A stretch of 36,909 nt of DNA from Pseudomonadota bacterium (GCA_009928265.1 RFPR01000003.1:1-36909), one strand, 5' to 3'. Shown: positions 21,227-31,535, counted from the first letter of the stretch. The notes: generated by a model not told the origin, from the letters alone. A program made the numbers and translations.

Positions 21227-21233
21227 AGAAAAT

Positions 21234-21698
21234 CTACCTCCCCCCTTCCAAGACCCTGTTGGGCTTGGTGATCACTTCGATCTTCTTAAGGACCTCGATT
21301 TTTACGGGAACAATGCCCTCGGAAATCATCTCGATTTGCCTGGCAGGCACCATGGTCAAATCGATCGAACGTCCTTTGATAAAAGGACCCCGGTCATTGA
21401 TCCGTACAAGAACGCTCTTACCGTTCCTGAGGTTTGTCACTCGAACCATCGTGTTGAAAGGCAACTTCTTATGAGCTGCCGTGCAGTTGCTGGCATGGTA
21501 GCGTTCGCCATTGGCGGTGGGCTTTCCGATATCCCTACCTCCGTAAAAGGAGGCCTTTCCGAACTCGACCGAGACAGGCTTGGGGTCATAGAGCGAAACC
21601 ATGGAGCCCTTTTCCGTCAGCAACGTAGCACACCCCGTCATGACGAGCGCTCCAACGGTGAAAAAACAAAGGCGAAACGGCGCGGGGGAAAAGCGCAT
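21234..21698 (-). CDS. rlpA: Septal ring lytic transglycosylase RlpA family lipoprotein
   Basis: Lipobox VMTGC; GKASFYG, TANGE, TAAHKKLPF, VRINDRGPF...IDL. Confidence 0.92.
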   Translation of the reverse strand: MRFSPAPFRLCFFTVGALVMTGCATLLTEKGSMVSLYDPKPVSVEFGKASFYGGRDIGKPTANGERYHASNCTAAHKKLPFNTMVRVTNLRNGKSVLVRINDRGPFIKGRSIDLTMVPARQIEMISEGIVPVKIEVLKKIEVITKPNRVLEGGR

Positions 21699-21802
21699 TC
21701 CATGATCAAGCTTGGAAATCCCCCGTGGCGCAAGTCCCGAGAAAGTCTGACGAGACTGGCTTGCCGTCCCCACCATGAAGCGTGTACCTCTTGCCGCGTT
21801 CC

Positions 21803-22444
21803 ATGAGTCACGCTCCAAAAAAGAAGAAGACCGAAGCCAATCTGATCGCTCAGGCAGCGGAAGCCCTCGCCTTTCTGGCGCGCTTTGCCGCCCGACCCAC
21901 ACAGGTCGGCGCTCTCTTTCCCAGTTCGAGGGAACTGGCCGAGGCAATGCTCGAAGGGATCGAGTTGAAATCAGGCGATATCGTCATCGAGTTCGGCCCC
22001 GGCACGGGAGCATTCACTGAGGCGGTTTTGGAACGTCTTCCCGAGGGGGCAAAGTACCTCGGCATCGAGCGGGATCCCCACTTTCATGGACACCTTGAGG
22101 ACCGCTTTCCGGGAATTGATTTTCATCATGGCTCAGCCGAGGAACTTCCCGATCTGCTCTCCCATCGGGGTTGGGAAAAACCGCGACTAATTCTCTCGGG
22201 CCTCCCCTTCGCCAGCATGCCACTGGAAATCCAGGAACTCATCCTGACAGCCACCCGGGATACCCTGCACGAGGATGGCGAATTCCGGACCTTCACCTAC
22301 CCGGTCTGCTGGTATCTCTCGGGCAGCATGCGTTTCCGCAAAGTGGCCCTAAATCACTTCGGGGAACACCGCAAAAGCAAGACCATTCACAAGAACATCC
22401 CGCCCGCCAAAGTTCTCAGTTACAGCAAGCCGGCGAAGAAATAG
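21803..22444 (+). CDS. Phospholipid N-methyltransferase-like SAM methyltransferase
   Basis: VGALFPSSRELA, VIEFGPGTG, ILSGLPF and NIPPA motifs of the PmtA-like family. Confidence 0.82.
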   Translation: MSHAPKKKKTEANLIAQAAEALAFLARFAARPTQVGALFPSSRELAEAMLEGIELKSGDIVIEFGPGTGAFTEAVLERLPEGAKYLGIERDPHFHGHLEDRFPGIDFHHGSAEELPDLLSHRGWEKPRLILSGLPFASMPLEIQELILTATRDTLHEDGEFRTFTYPVCWYLSGSMRFRKVALNHFGEHRKSKTIHKNIPPAKVLSYSKPAKK

Positions 22445-22538
22445 GAGTTTGCAGATGGGGCCCGGAATGACCGATACGCGGCCTCGTTAATTAGCGTGCG
22501 CCCAAGCCCTTCTTTACTGCCGTCTACTTTAAAAAAAG

Positions 22539-22612
22539 TGGCTGCCTCGCATGGATTCGAACCATGACAAGCAGATCCAGAATCTGCTGTGCTACCGTTA
22601 CACCACAAGGCA
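22539..22612 (-). tRNA. tRNA-Gln(CTG)
   Basis: Minus strand reads TGCCTTG...GCAGA-TT-CTG-GA-TCTGC...GGTTCGAATCC...CGAGGCA-G-CCA. Confidence 0.96.
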
Positions 22613-22669
22613 GTGGTTCCAAAATGGTCGGATAGAATGCCCGATCATGATTCGGGTTTCAAGCACTAG

Positions 22670-23260
22670 CTAAACCGATTTCGCCAAAACCACCCTCTCG
22701 GAGGTTCCTCCGAACTTCGGAAAAACATGCTTGGATGCGACCGTCTTGTCCCTGGTGATCCCACAAGGGGCGGTCACTCCGGCCTCGGCAAGTGCTACCA
22801 ATGAGGCATGAAGAAGGCGTGATCCGATGCCTCGGTTGCGGTATTCCATGAGGACGGAAGGACCGCTAACCAAATGAAACGAGGCCTCGGGAAGTGGGTC
22901 GAGCAACGATGCGGCAATCATCCTGTTCCCCTTTGGAATCACGAGACAGAGCGGTTCGGTGGAATTGAAAATGCGGGAGACAGCCTCGGAAAGATACCTC
23001 TCGGCTTGGGCAAAGGAATCGTTCCAATCGGAATCCATCGACAGCGAAAGAAGCAGAACTCGGAGCACCTCCTCGCCTTCCTCACGCGTCGCAGGACGGA
23101 TTAGATCGGATCCTGCGGGAGCCTGTCCCAAAGAGGAGGTATTCCAGGAGAAACGAAGCCACGGGGTGGTGGTGTCACCTCCACCGGGCTGGAGATCAGG
23201 AGAGAAGGATGCTCCCTGACCCGGCACCGGAAGAGGGAAGGAAAAGTTTCTGAGCGCCAT
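22670..23260 (-). CDS. GNAT family N-acetyltransferase
   Basis: IRPA and VLMEYRNRGIGSRLL acetyl-CoA-binding motif. Confidence 0.78.
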   Translation of the reverse strand: MALRNFSFPLPVPGQGASFSPDLQPGGGDTTTPWLRFSWNTSSLGQAPAGSDLIRPATREEGEEVLRVLLLSLSMDSDWNDSFAQAERYLSEAVSRIFNSTEPLCLVIPKGNRMIAASLLDPLPEASFHLVSGPSVLMEYRNRGIGSRLLHASLVALAEAGVTAPCGITRDKTVASKHVFPKFGGTSERVVLAKSV

Positions 23261-23444
23261 CGGAAAAGCGGAGAAGCGAACGGAAAAATCATCCTCCGGT
23301 CAACCGCAATCTCCGGTAAGGGCACTCCCGCGATCAATTTTCCAAATGATGTTTGAAGAGTCGGCTCAAAGATGGAAATCTCATTCCACATCCACGCCGC
23401 GCGCGGTTGCCCACTTGACTCACGCCTTCACCTCCGAGCTTTCC

Positions 23445-24908
23445 TTGTCCGAATCCCATCGTCCCAAACATGAGTGCGGCGTCTTCGCCGTATATGGCCA
23501 CAAGGATGCAGCCCTATTGACCTACTATGGTCTTTTCGCTCTCCAACACCGCGGGCAGGAAAGCGCCGGCATTGCCTCGGGCGGCCTCGATGGGAAGCCC
23601 TTCCATCTTCACAAGGGGATGGGACTCGTCTCGCAGGTCTTCCATCAGGAGGATCTCTCCTCACTCACAGGAACGCGTGCGATCGGCCATGTCCGCTACT
23701 CGACCACCGGTTCAAGCACCCTGCTTAACTCACAACCACTCGGTGTCGACACGGCGCGCGGCCAACTCGCCGTCGCCCATAACGGGAACTTGGTCAACGC
23801 AGCCGCCCTGCGTGCAGAACTCGAGTCCCGTGGATCCATCTTTCAGACCACGGTCGACAGCGAGATTGTCCTCCACCTCCTCGCGCAACCCGACGACACG
23901 ATGGGTGGCCCGATCGGGGCACTGCGCCGGTTAGAGGGAGCCTTTTCTCTCGTCGTCATGGGAGAACAGGAAGTAATCGGTGTACGCGATCCCAACGGCC
24001 TCCGCCCTCTCTCCCTAGGCAAGGTGGATGATGCTTGGGTTCTCTCCTCGGAAACCTGCGCCTTTGACCTGATCGGGGCCGAATTCGTGCGGGATCTGGA
24101 GCCGGGCGAGGTCGTGGTCATCAATGAGCGTGGGATCCGCTCCGAGTTCCCCTTCTCTCCCTCTCGCGAGGCCTTCTGCATTTTCGAGTACGTCTACTTC
24201 GCCCGCCCAGACAGCCGTCTGCGCGGGGCGACCGTCAGCAAGGTGCGGGTGAACATGGGCCGGGAGCTGGCACGCCTCCATCCGGTCGAGGCCGACGTCG
24301 TCGTCCCGGTGCCCGACTCCGGCATCTATGCGGCCCTTGGATTCGCCGAGGAGCTCGGTATTCCGTACGATCCGGCTTTCGTCCGCAACCACTACATCGG
24401 GCGCACCTTCATTCAGCCGACCCAACTGATCCGCGACTTCAATGTCCGTGTGAAACTCAACCTCATCGGCGATGCGGTGAAGGGGAAACGTGTTGTCGTC
24501 GTCGACGATTCCGTTGTCCGCGGCACCACCGCCAAGGCGCGCGTCGTGAATCTCCGGGAGGCCGGGGCCAAGGAGGTTCACCTCCGCATCAGCTGTCCCC
24601 CACACAAGCACGCCTGCTACTACGGCATCGATTTTCCCGATCCCGAAAAGCTCATCGCCAACCAGCACACCCATCAGGAGATCTGCGACTACCTCGGCGC
24701 CGACAGCATCGGCTACCTCGACACCGACGGGATGGTGCGGGCGACGGGACTGAAGAGGGACTCCTTCTGCATGGCCTGCTTCAACGGCGAGTACCCCGTC
24801 CCCTACGACGCAGCCTTTGACAAACTCGTGATGGAACGCCGACGCGGGCTTGCCCAACTCCTTCCTGACCAGACCGCGCAACCGCCGCTGTTCTCCCCGC
24901 GCGCCTGA
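23445..24908 (+). CDS. purF: Amidophosphoribosyltransferase (Fe-S, propeptide type)
   Basis: ECGVF, LQHRGQESAG, HVRYST, VVVVDDSVVRGTT, CIFEY, CYYGID, CMAC; start uncertain (TTG 23445 chosen). Confidence 0.96.
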   Translation: MSESHRPKHECGVFAVYGHKDAALLTYYGLFALQHRGQESAGIASGGLDGKPFHLHKGMGLVSQVFHQEDLSSLTGTRAIGHVRYSTTGSSTLLNSQPLGVDTARGQLAVAHNGNLVNAAALRAELESRGSIFQTTVDSEIVLHLLAQPDDTMGGPIGALRRLEGAFSLVVMGEQEVIGVRDPNGLRPLSLGKVDDAWVLSSETCAFDLIGAEFVRDLEPGEVVVINERGIRSEFPFSPSREAFCIFEYVYFARPDSRLRGATVSKVRVNMGRELARLHPVEADVVVPVPDSGIYAALGFAEELGIPYDPAFVRNHYIGRTFIQPTQLIRDFNVRVKLNLIGDAVKGKRVVVVDDSVVRGTTAKARVVNLREAGAKEVHLRISCPPHKHACYYGIDFPDPEKLIANQHTHQEICDYLGADSIGYLDTDGMVRATGLKRDSFCMACFNGEYPVPYDAAFDKLVMERRRGLAQLLPDQTAQPPLFSPRA

Positions 24909-24938
24909 GTAAGAAACCTAGAAGCCAATTTTCAAACC

Positions 24939-26030
24939 ATGAGCACCAAGAAAACGAAAACGTCTTCCAAGCCCCGCGCAATCACCACCCGCAAAAGCTC
25001 CTATGCTCAGGCGGGTGTCGACGTGAACCTTGGAAATGTGGTTAAGTCCGGTATCGGCGCCCTGGTGCGTCCCACTCATGGACGGGAAGTACTCGGAGGG
25101 ATCGGTGGTTTCGGAGGACTCTTCCGCCCTGATTTCAAGGGACGCGGCATCAAGGACCCCGTCCTTGTCTCAAGCGTCGACGGCGTCGGCACCAAGCTCA
25201 AGATCGCCTTTGCGACCGACAAGCACGACACCATCGGCCAGGATCTGGTCAACCATTGCATCAATGACATCGCGGTCACCGGAGCGCGTCCCCTCTTCTT
25301 CCTCGACTACATTGCCGCGGCGAAGCTTGATCCCCGTGTCCTGAAGCAGATCATCACAGGCCTCTCCAAGGCCTGCAAAGCCGCTGGATGCGCCCTGATC
25401 GGTGGCGAAACGGCCCAAATGCCGGGCCTCTACGGCGAGGGTGAGTATGATCTGGCCGGCTCGATCACCGGTGTGGCCGACCGCAAGGATCTTCTCGACG
25501 GCAGCCGAGTCAAAGTGGGCGATGCCTTGATCGGACTCCCCTCCAATGGTCTTCACACCAACGGCTACTCGCTTGCCCGCAAGGTCCTCTTCGACTTGCT
25601 TGGCCTCAAACTCACCGACCGCCCAGCCGGACTCGGTACGACCGTCGGCGCTGAACTCCTCAAGGTTCACCGGAGCTACCTACCGGCCTTCGAGAAACTC
25701 GCCAAGATGAAGGGTAAACCCCTTCACGCCGCAGCCCACATCACCGGCGGCGGCCTCATCGATAATCTCCCCCGGGTGCTCCCAAAAAACTGCGACGCCC
25801 TGATTGATCCCGGTTCCTGGCAGGTGCCGGCGATCTTCGGGATCATCGGCAAGGGTGGGAATGTTGATCCCCTCGAGATGTACCAGGTCTTCAACATGGG
25901 CATCGGCATGGTGCTTGTCGTCCCCGGCAAGGAGGGCGAGAAGATCGCAAAGACTCTCGGCGGCAAGGTCATCGGCGGCATCATAAAGGGAAGCGGAATC
26001 GTTCGTTTCTTCCCGGAACCTGGCCGCTGA
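24939..26030 (+). CDS. purM: AIR synthetase
   Basis: YAQAGVD, DGVGTK, GGETAQMP, HTNGYSL, HITGGG, FNMGIGM. Confidence 0.97.
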   Translation: MSTKKTKTSSKPRAITTRKSSYAQAGVDVNLGNVVKSGIGALVRPTHGREVLGGIGGFGGLFRPDFKGRGIKDPVLVSSVDGVGTKLKIAFATDKHDTIGQDLVNHCINDIAVTGARPLFFLDYIAAAKLDPRVLKQIITGLSKACKAAGCALIGGETAQMPGLYGEGEYDLAGSITGVADRKDLLDGSRVKVGDALIGLPSNGLHTNGYSLARKVLFDLLGLKLTDRPAGLGTTVGAELLKVHRSYLPAFEKLAKMKGKPLHAAAHITGGGLIDNLPRVLPKNCDALIDPGSWQVPAIFGIIGKGGNVDPLEMYQVFNMGIGMVLVVPGKEGEKIAKTLGGKVIGGIIKGSGIVRFFPEPGR

Positions 26031-26037
26031 TTCCTTC

Positions 26038-27060
26038 ATGAACGACGACCCCTCCGAAACTCCCGGCCGGCGCAAGGCGCTGGGTGTGGGACTCGGGGCG
26101 GGACTTCTGGGCGCCGTCGCCCTTGCTATGCGGTACGGTTGGCGAAAAACCCTGCGAACCATCATACCGGACTCCATCTCTCCTGCTGTCTTTGCGACCA
26201 GGGTGACCGACACCTCGGCAGGCGAGATCGTCTATCACACAGCTGACAGCCAGTTTCCGGGCCCTCCGCTGCTTTTCCTCCACGGTGTTTTTCCCGGCGC
26301 CTCCTCATTTGAGTGGTCGAGGATCTATACCCGCTTTGCCGAGGCATGGCGCGTCCTCGTTCCCGACATGGTCGGCTTCGGCGAATCCCAGCGGCCCGAC
26401 CCTGCACCGACGGCAGAGGAGCAGGTACGCTCGCTTGCGGAGTTCCTCGATACCATCGTTCCGGGGGAGCCTGCGGTGATCGTTGCCTCGGGACTCTCGG
26501 CCAACATCGCCCTGCTCTTCGCATCCCGTCATCCCGAGAAGTCATCCCGTCTCATCCTCTGGATGCCCGACATCGCCCTGGGCAAGGCCAACCCTTCGCG
26601 CGGTTGGCATCGGCTTGGTTGGTTCCCCAGGCTCGCCCGGATGGTCTACAGGCATCAACTTGCCACAGAGACCTTCCTGCGCGCCTGGATGCTCCGCTCT
26701 GGCTTCAACGCCGAGGATTCCTCGCTGGAGGAATCGCTCTCGGTGATCACCTCCACCGCTCAGCAGTATGGCGCGGAGCATGCCTTCCTCTCCCAGTGCT
26801 CCAAATCTTACTGGCGCAGCCTCCGCACCGGACTCCGGGCCCTCACCGCCCCCGTCTCCATGTTGCTCGCCACGGGCGATAACCGGGACTCCTCGGCCGC
26901 GATCGCCGATCTGCGTCCGCTCCTCGGCCGCTTCTCCATCAGGGAGGTGACGGCGCGCGGAATCCTCGCCCCGCTCGCGGAGCCTGATGCGGTCACCGAG
27001 GCTCTCGCCCGCGAACTCGCACCTCTCCCGCCGGAGACTCCCCTTCCCCCGATAAATTGA
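26038..27060 (+). CDS. Alpha/beta fold hydrolase with N-terminal membrane anchor and atypical catalytic residues
   Basis: LLFLHG, GASSFEW and PDMVGFGES; nucleophile elbow reads VASGLSA. Confidence 0.8.
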   Translation: MNDDPSETPGRRKALGVGLGAGLLGAVALAMRYGWRKTLRTIIPDSISPAVFATRVTDTSAGEIVYHTADSQFPGPPLLFLHGVFPGASSFEWSRIYTRFAEAWRVLVPDMVGFGESQRPDPAPTAEEQVRSLAEFLDTIVPGEPAVIVASGLSANIALLFASRHPEKSSRLILWMPDIALGKANPSRGWHRLGWFPRLARMVYRHQLATETFLRAWMLRSGFNAEDSSLEESLSVITSTAQQYGAEHAFLSQCSKSYWRSLRTGLRALTAPVSMLLATGDNRDSSAAIADLRPLLGRFSIREVTARGILAPLAEPDAVTEALARELAPLPPETPLPPIN

Positions 27061-27100
27061 TTGCACCTCCCGAGGTGACAGACACACCATCGCTGTACTT

Positions 27101-28396
27101 GTGAACGTCTCCGATCTCCGCGAAATTCTCCAATACGTCCCCCGCTTCCGGGAGCGGATCTTTGTGATTGCCGTCGATGGAGCGGTGGCCGCCTCCGAGA
27201 ATTTCTCCAACATCCTGCTAGATCTCGCCGTCCTGCGCTCGCTGAGCGTCCGGGTGATCCTCGTGCACGGTGCGAGCCGGCAGATCTCCGATCTGGCCAC
27301 GAAGCGGGGCATCAAGGTTTCAAACACCGACGGAACCGGCATTACCGATGACGCGACCCTCGAGGTTGCAATCGACGCGGCGATCCGGCTCACCAACGGA
27401 ATCATGGAGGGCCTTTCTGCGGTCGACCTGCGGGCGGCCTACGCCAACGCGATTATCGCTCACCCGGCGGGCATTCTCGGCGGGACCGACCAACTCTTCA
27501 CCGGACGGGTGGAGCGGGTCGACAACCACGCCCTGGAACTGCTCCTCAAGGAGGGAATCATCCCTGTCATTCCGCCTCTCGGTTTTGATGGTGAGGGAAG
27601 GACCTACCGGGTCAATTCCGACGGTATCGCACTCGAGGTGGCGGAGGCACTGCATGCGGCCAAGATCATCTTCCTCGGTGCGGACGACGTAGTGGGTGGC
27701 CCAAGCCCACTGCCCAGGCAACTCTCCATCGATGAGGCGGAAGATCTCACCAGGAAACTCCGCGCCTCGGGTGGTTCCTCCGGCCTCATCTCAAAGCTGG
27801 AATGCGCCGCACGGTCCTGCCGGGTTGGAGTACCCCGGGCCCATCTGCTCGACGGCAGGATCAACGAGGCCCTTCTGACCGAAATCTTCAGCCACGAGGG
27901 TTCCGGCACAATGGTTTATTCCAACGAGTACCAGCAGATCCGGCGGATCTTCAAAAAGGATGTGCGGGCCGTGATGAACCTGATCCGACAGTCGGTCGAG
28001 GACGAGGAGATCGCGCGGAGAACCAGGGCCGACATTCTCTCTCGAATCGAGGATTACTGGATCCTAGAAATCGACCGGACGCCGATCGCCTGCGTGGCGC
28101 TCCATGTCGACTCTGCCAACTCCCTTGCCGAGATGGCCTGCCTATACGTCAGCAAGGCCCACGAGAACAAGGGCTACGGCCGGAAGCTTATGGCCTTTGC
28201 CGAGAACCTTGCGAAGGAAAAAGGGATCGAGCGGGTCTACGCCCTTTCCACGCGGGCCGTGAACTACCTTCAGCAGAAGGGTGGGTTCACCGAGGCCGAC
28301 ACCTCGATGCTCCCTGGGGAACGTCGCGCCCGCTACGAGGTCAGCGGAAGGAACTCGAGGATCCTTGTGAAGGAGCTCCGGCCGAAGTCCTCCTGA
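27101..28396 (+). CDS. argA: N-acetylglutamate synthase (AAK + GNAT)
   Basis: YVPRFRERIFVI, LVHGA, LLTEIFSHEGSGTM, AEMACLYV, RNSRI. Confidence 0.93.
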   Translation: MNVSDLREILQYVPRFRERIFVIAVDGAVAASENFSNILLDLAVLRSLSVRVILVHGASRQISDLATKRGIKVSNTDGTGITDDATLEVAIDAAIRLTNGIMEGLSAVDLRAAYANAIIAHPAGILGGTDQLFTGRVERVDNHALELLLKEGIIPVIPPLGFDGEGRTYRVNSDGIALEVAEALHAAKIIFLGADDVVGGPSPLPRQLSIDEAEDLTRKLRASGGSSGLISKLECAARSCRVGVPRAHLLDGRINEALLTEIFSHEGSGTMVYSNEYQQIRRIFKKDVRAVMNLIRQSVEDEEIARRTRADILSRIEDYWILEIDRTPIACVALHVDSANSLAEMACLYVSKAHENKGYGRKLMAFAENLAKEKGIERVYALSTRAVNYLQQKGGFTEADTSMLPGERRARYEVSGRNSRILVKELRPKSS

Positions 28397-28420
28397 GGCG
28401 CACCCGTCGATCGATCCTCC

Positions 28421-30037
28421 ATGCCGGCCCTCACCCACCGGGGATTCTGGATCGATACGGCGGTTATCCTCGCCTACTTTGCCGGCATCGTCTGGGTCGG
28501 TCTGCGGGCGGGCCGTGGTAACGCGACGCTGAAGGAATTCGCCCTCGGAGGCCGATCCATCCCGTGGTGGGCGGTCCTTGCCTCGATTTTAGCCGCGGAA
28601 ACAAGCGCAGCCACCTTTCTTGGCACGCCCGCCGAGGGATACAAGACGCGAGCCTTGTTCTACGGGCAGCTCGCCATCGGTACGGTGATCGCCCGCGTGG
28701 TGATCGCCTTCACCTTCATCGGCCCCTACTACAAATACGGCGTCGAGAGCATCTACGAATTCCTGACCGTACGCTTCGGCCCGAGGACCAAGAACATGGC
28801 CAGCGCCATCTTCCTCTTCACCCGAGTGCTGGGGATCGGCGTGCGCCTCTATCTCGGCGGAGTGATCCTCGTGGTGATCTGGCAGCATTTTTTCCCGGGA
28901 GCCCCTGTGACACTGGCGACCTATTTCTGGGGTATCCTGTTCGTGACCTTGATCACCACGGCCTACACGGTCGTTGGCGGGATCAAGGCGGTGGTCTGGA
29001 CAGATCTGATCCAAGCGAGCCTGATGCTCGGATCGGTCGCGTTCGTGCTTTGGTACCTCGTCGCCCATCTGGGCGGAATCGCGTCGGTGGATTCGGCGCT
29101 GGGTGGCTGGGATCAGCTGCTGTGGATCCAGGTGGGATGGGATTCCTCCCTGCCGTTTGGAAAGGCCCTCTCGGCCATGCTCTCGGAGCCCTACACGATT
29201 TTTGCGGCAGTAATCGGCTCGACCTTTCTCACCATGGCCACCCACGGCACGGATCAGGACATGGTTCAGCGGATGCTGACGGCTCCTGACCCGCGCCGCT
29301 CTCGTCTTTCGCTGATCCTGAGCGGACTGGCCGATATCCCGATCGCCCTGGCCTTCCTCTCCATCGGTATCCTGCTCCGGCTCTACTACAAGGGAGCGGG
29401 CGGACTTCCGGACATCCCGGACAACCATGTCTTCGCCCATTTTATCGTCAATAACCTGCCCGCTGGAGTTCGTGGACTCATCATCGCAGGGGTCTTTGCC
29501 ACAATGATGGGTTCTGCCTCTGCCGCCCTCAATGCACTGGCTACGAGCTTCACCGCTGATTTTTACCTTCCCTATCTGAATCCGGGAGCCGACGACCGGT
29601 CATCAGTCCGTGCTGCGAGGATCGCGACGGTGGTTTTCGGCCTTCTTATGGTGCTGGTCGGCACGCTCGCGGCCTATTCTGTCATCAGGGACCGGCACCT
29701 CACGATCATCCCGATCGCCATCGGGATTCTCGGTTACACTTATGGGGCCCTGCTCGGGATCTTTCTACTGGGCATGCTCAGTTCGGGACGGGGCAATGAC
29801 CGGACCAATCTTGTGGCGATGGCGGCAGGTATCATCGCCGTCCTGTTTCTGGGAAAAGTCCATCTGCCTGGAATCGTCGATTTTGGACAATGGATGCCCG
29901 ATTGGTGGCCCGAAATCGCGTGGCCATGGTACGTGCTGATCGGATCGCTGACGACGCTCGCTGTTGCCCTCCCTTTCCGGACTCCCTCGTTGGCAACTAA
30001 GGGGAATGGTCAAGCCCTTTCAGACTCCCTGAAATAA
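28421..30037 (+). CDS. Sodium:solute symporter family protein
   Basis: SILAAETSAATFLG, GGIKAVVWTD, GTDQDMVQR; about 13 TM. Confidence 0.92.
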   Translation: MPALTHRGFWIDTAVILAYFAGIVWVGLRAGRGNATLKEFALGGRSIPWWAVLASILAAETSAATFLGTPAEGYKTRALFYGQLAIGTVIARVVIAFTFIGPYYKYGVESIYEFLTVRFGPRTKNMASAIFLFTRVLGIGVRLYLGGVILVVIWQHFFPGAPVTLATYFWGILFVTLITTAYTVVGGIKAVVWTDLIQASLMLGSVAFVLWYLVAHLGGIASVDSALGGWDQLLWIQVGWDSSLPFGKALSAMLSEPYTIFAAVIGSTFLTMATHGTDQDMVQRMLTAPDPRRSRLSLILSGLADIPIALAFLSIGILLRLYYKGAGGLPDIPDNHVFAHFIVNNLPAGVRGLIIAGVFATMMGSASAALNALATSFTADFYLPYLNPGADDRSSVRAARIATVVFGLLMVLVGTLAAYSVIRDRHLTIIPIAIGILGYTYGALLGIFLLGMLSSGRGNDRTNLVAMAAGIIAVLFLGKVHLPGIVDFGQWMPDWWPEIAWPWYVLIGSLTTLAVALPFRTPSLATKGNGQALSDSLK

Positions 30038-30128
30038 AAATAACATCCCGGGGGATTTTCTTTTCTTTCTGCTTGAGGGGTCTTGGAGGCGGTTCTTATT
30101 CTGATCCTCCCCCGAATTTTCCACGCCC

Positions 30129-31535
30129 TTGAAACCGTCCCTCCGATCCCTTTCCTCTCCGCGCGTCGCGGTTCCAGAATCCTTCTGGGAGAAACTCTGT
30201 GGAGTTATCCGCACCCGAGTCAGCCCCGATAGCTTTGACCGATGGTTCTCGAACGTCACCCTGCTCTCGGCCACGAGCGAGACGGTGACCCTCGGGGTCC
30301 CCAATCCGATCCACCAATTCTTCATCGAAAGCAATTACTCCGACCTTCTCTCCTCTGCCCTCTCGGAAATCTGTGGATCCCAAGTAGCCCTGCGCTTCCA
30401 GTCGCTCCAAGAAGGAAATGGGGAGTATGAGGAAAAGGATCCCCTTCCGAACGAAGCCGAGACCGCCGGGGTAGCTACAGCCAGGAAACAACAGGCCAAG
30501 GCGGTCCCCGCCCCCACGGGGATGAACCCCTCCTACACCTTCGAGAGTTTCATCGTCGGCGCAAACAACCAGTTCGCCCACGCTGCAGCTCAGGCTGTGG
30601 CCAATGCCCCGGCACGTACCTACAATCCTCTTTTCATCTATGGGGGCCCCGGTCTCGGCAAAACCCACCTCCTGCAGGCCATCGGCCACCATCTGCTCTC
30701 CCTTAAGAAGGGAGCCAAGGTCGTCTACCTGCGCAGCGAGCAGTTCACCAACGAGTTCATCGACGCGATTCAGAACAATGCTCTGGTCGCCTTCCGTAAG
30801 CGCTACCGTCAGGCCGATATCCTGATGATCGACGATATCCAGTTCTTCGCTGGCAAGGCCGCTACTCAGGAGGAGTTCTTCCACACCTTCGGAGCCCTCC
30901 ATGACGGACACAAGCAGATCGTCCTCTCCAGCGACCGACCTCCCAGCGAGATCGCTAATCTTGAGCAGCGCCTCGTCTCCCGCTTCGAGTGGGGCATGAC
31001 CGCCGAGATCCAGCCCCCTGACATGGAGACCCGAATTGCCATCCTTCAGGGCAAGGCCTCCCGGATGCATATCGAGATCGAGCATTGGGTCCTGGAATTC
31101 CTCGCCGACAAGATCCGCAGCGACATCCGTCGCCTCGAGGGTGCACTGATGCGCGTGGCTGCTTACAAATCACTCAGCGGCAACGCTCTCACCTCCGATG
31201 CCCTGGAGCATCTCCTGCGGGACGTCCTTCAGGAGCAGGCCCGCAAGGCCGTCACGATCGACCAGATCCAGAAGAAGGTTGCCGAACACTTTGATATCCG
31301 TCTTGCCGACATGACCAGCAAGCGCCGCACGGCCTCCATCGCCTATCCCCGGCAGGTCGCCATGTACCTTGCCCGTGAACTGACCCCCTCGACACTCATC
31401 GAGATCGGGGATGCCTTTGGAGGCAAGGATCACGGCACCGTCATCCACGCATGCAAGCTCGTCAAGAAGCGCATGGAGGACGAGCCCAAGACGCGACATC
31501 TGGTGCGTCTCCTCGATCAGCAGCTCCAGCGGTAG
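30129..31535 (+). CDS. dnaA: Chromosomal replication initiator DnaA
   Basis: YTFESF, YNPLFIYGGPGLGKTHL, IDDIQF, RLVSRF, FGGKDHGTV; start uncertain (TTG). Confidence 0.97.
   Translation: MKPSLRSLSSPRVAVPESFWEKLCGVIRTRVSPDSFDRWFSNVTLLSATSETVTLGVPNPIHQFFIESNYSDLLSSALSEICGSQVALRFQSLQEGNGEYEEKDPLPNEAETAGVATARKQQAKAVPAPTGMNPSYTFESFIVGANNQFAHAAAQAVANAPARTYNPLFIYGGPGLGKTHLLQAIGHHLLSLKKGAKVVYLRSEQFTNEFIDAIQNNALVAFRKRYRQADILMIDDIQFFAGKAATQEEFFHTFGALHDGHKQIVLSSDRPPSEIANLEQRLVSRFEWGMTAEIQPPDMETRIAILQGKASRMHIEIEHWVLEFLADKIRSDIRRLEGALMRVAAYKSLSGNALTSDALEHLLRDVLQEQARKAVTIDQIQKKVAEHFDIRLADMTSKRRTASIAYPRQVAMYLARELTPSTLIEIGDAFGGKDHGTVIHACKLVKKRMEDEPKTRHLVRLLDQQLQR

Noticed and set aside
22640-22656. Near-palindrome CCCGATCATGATTCGGG upstream of tRNA-Gln as a MerR-type operator
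   Set aside because: It lies in a 17-bp rather than 19-bp spacer, there is no regulator nearby, and it could simply be a hairpin after the GNAT gene.
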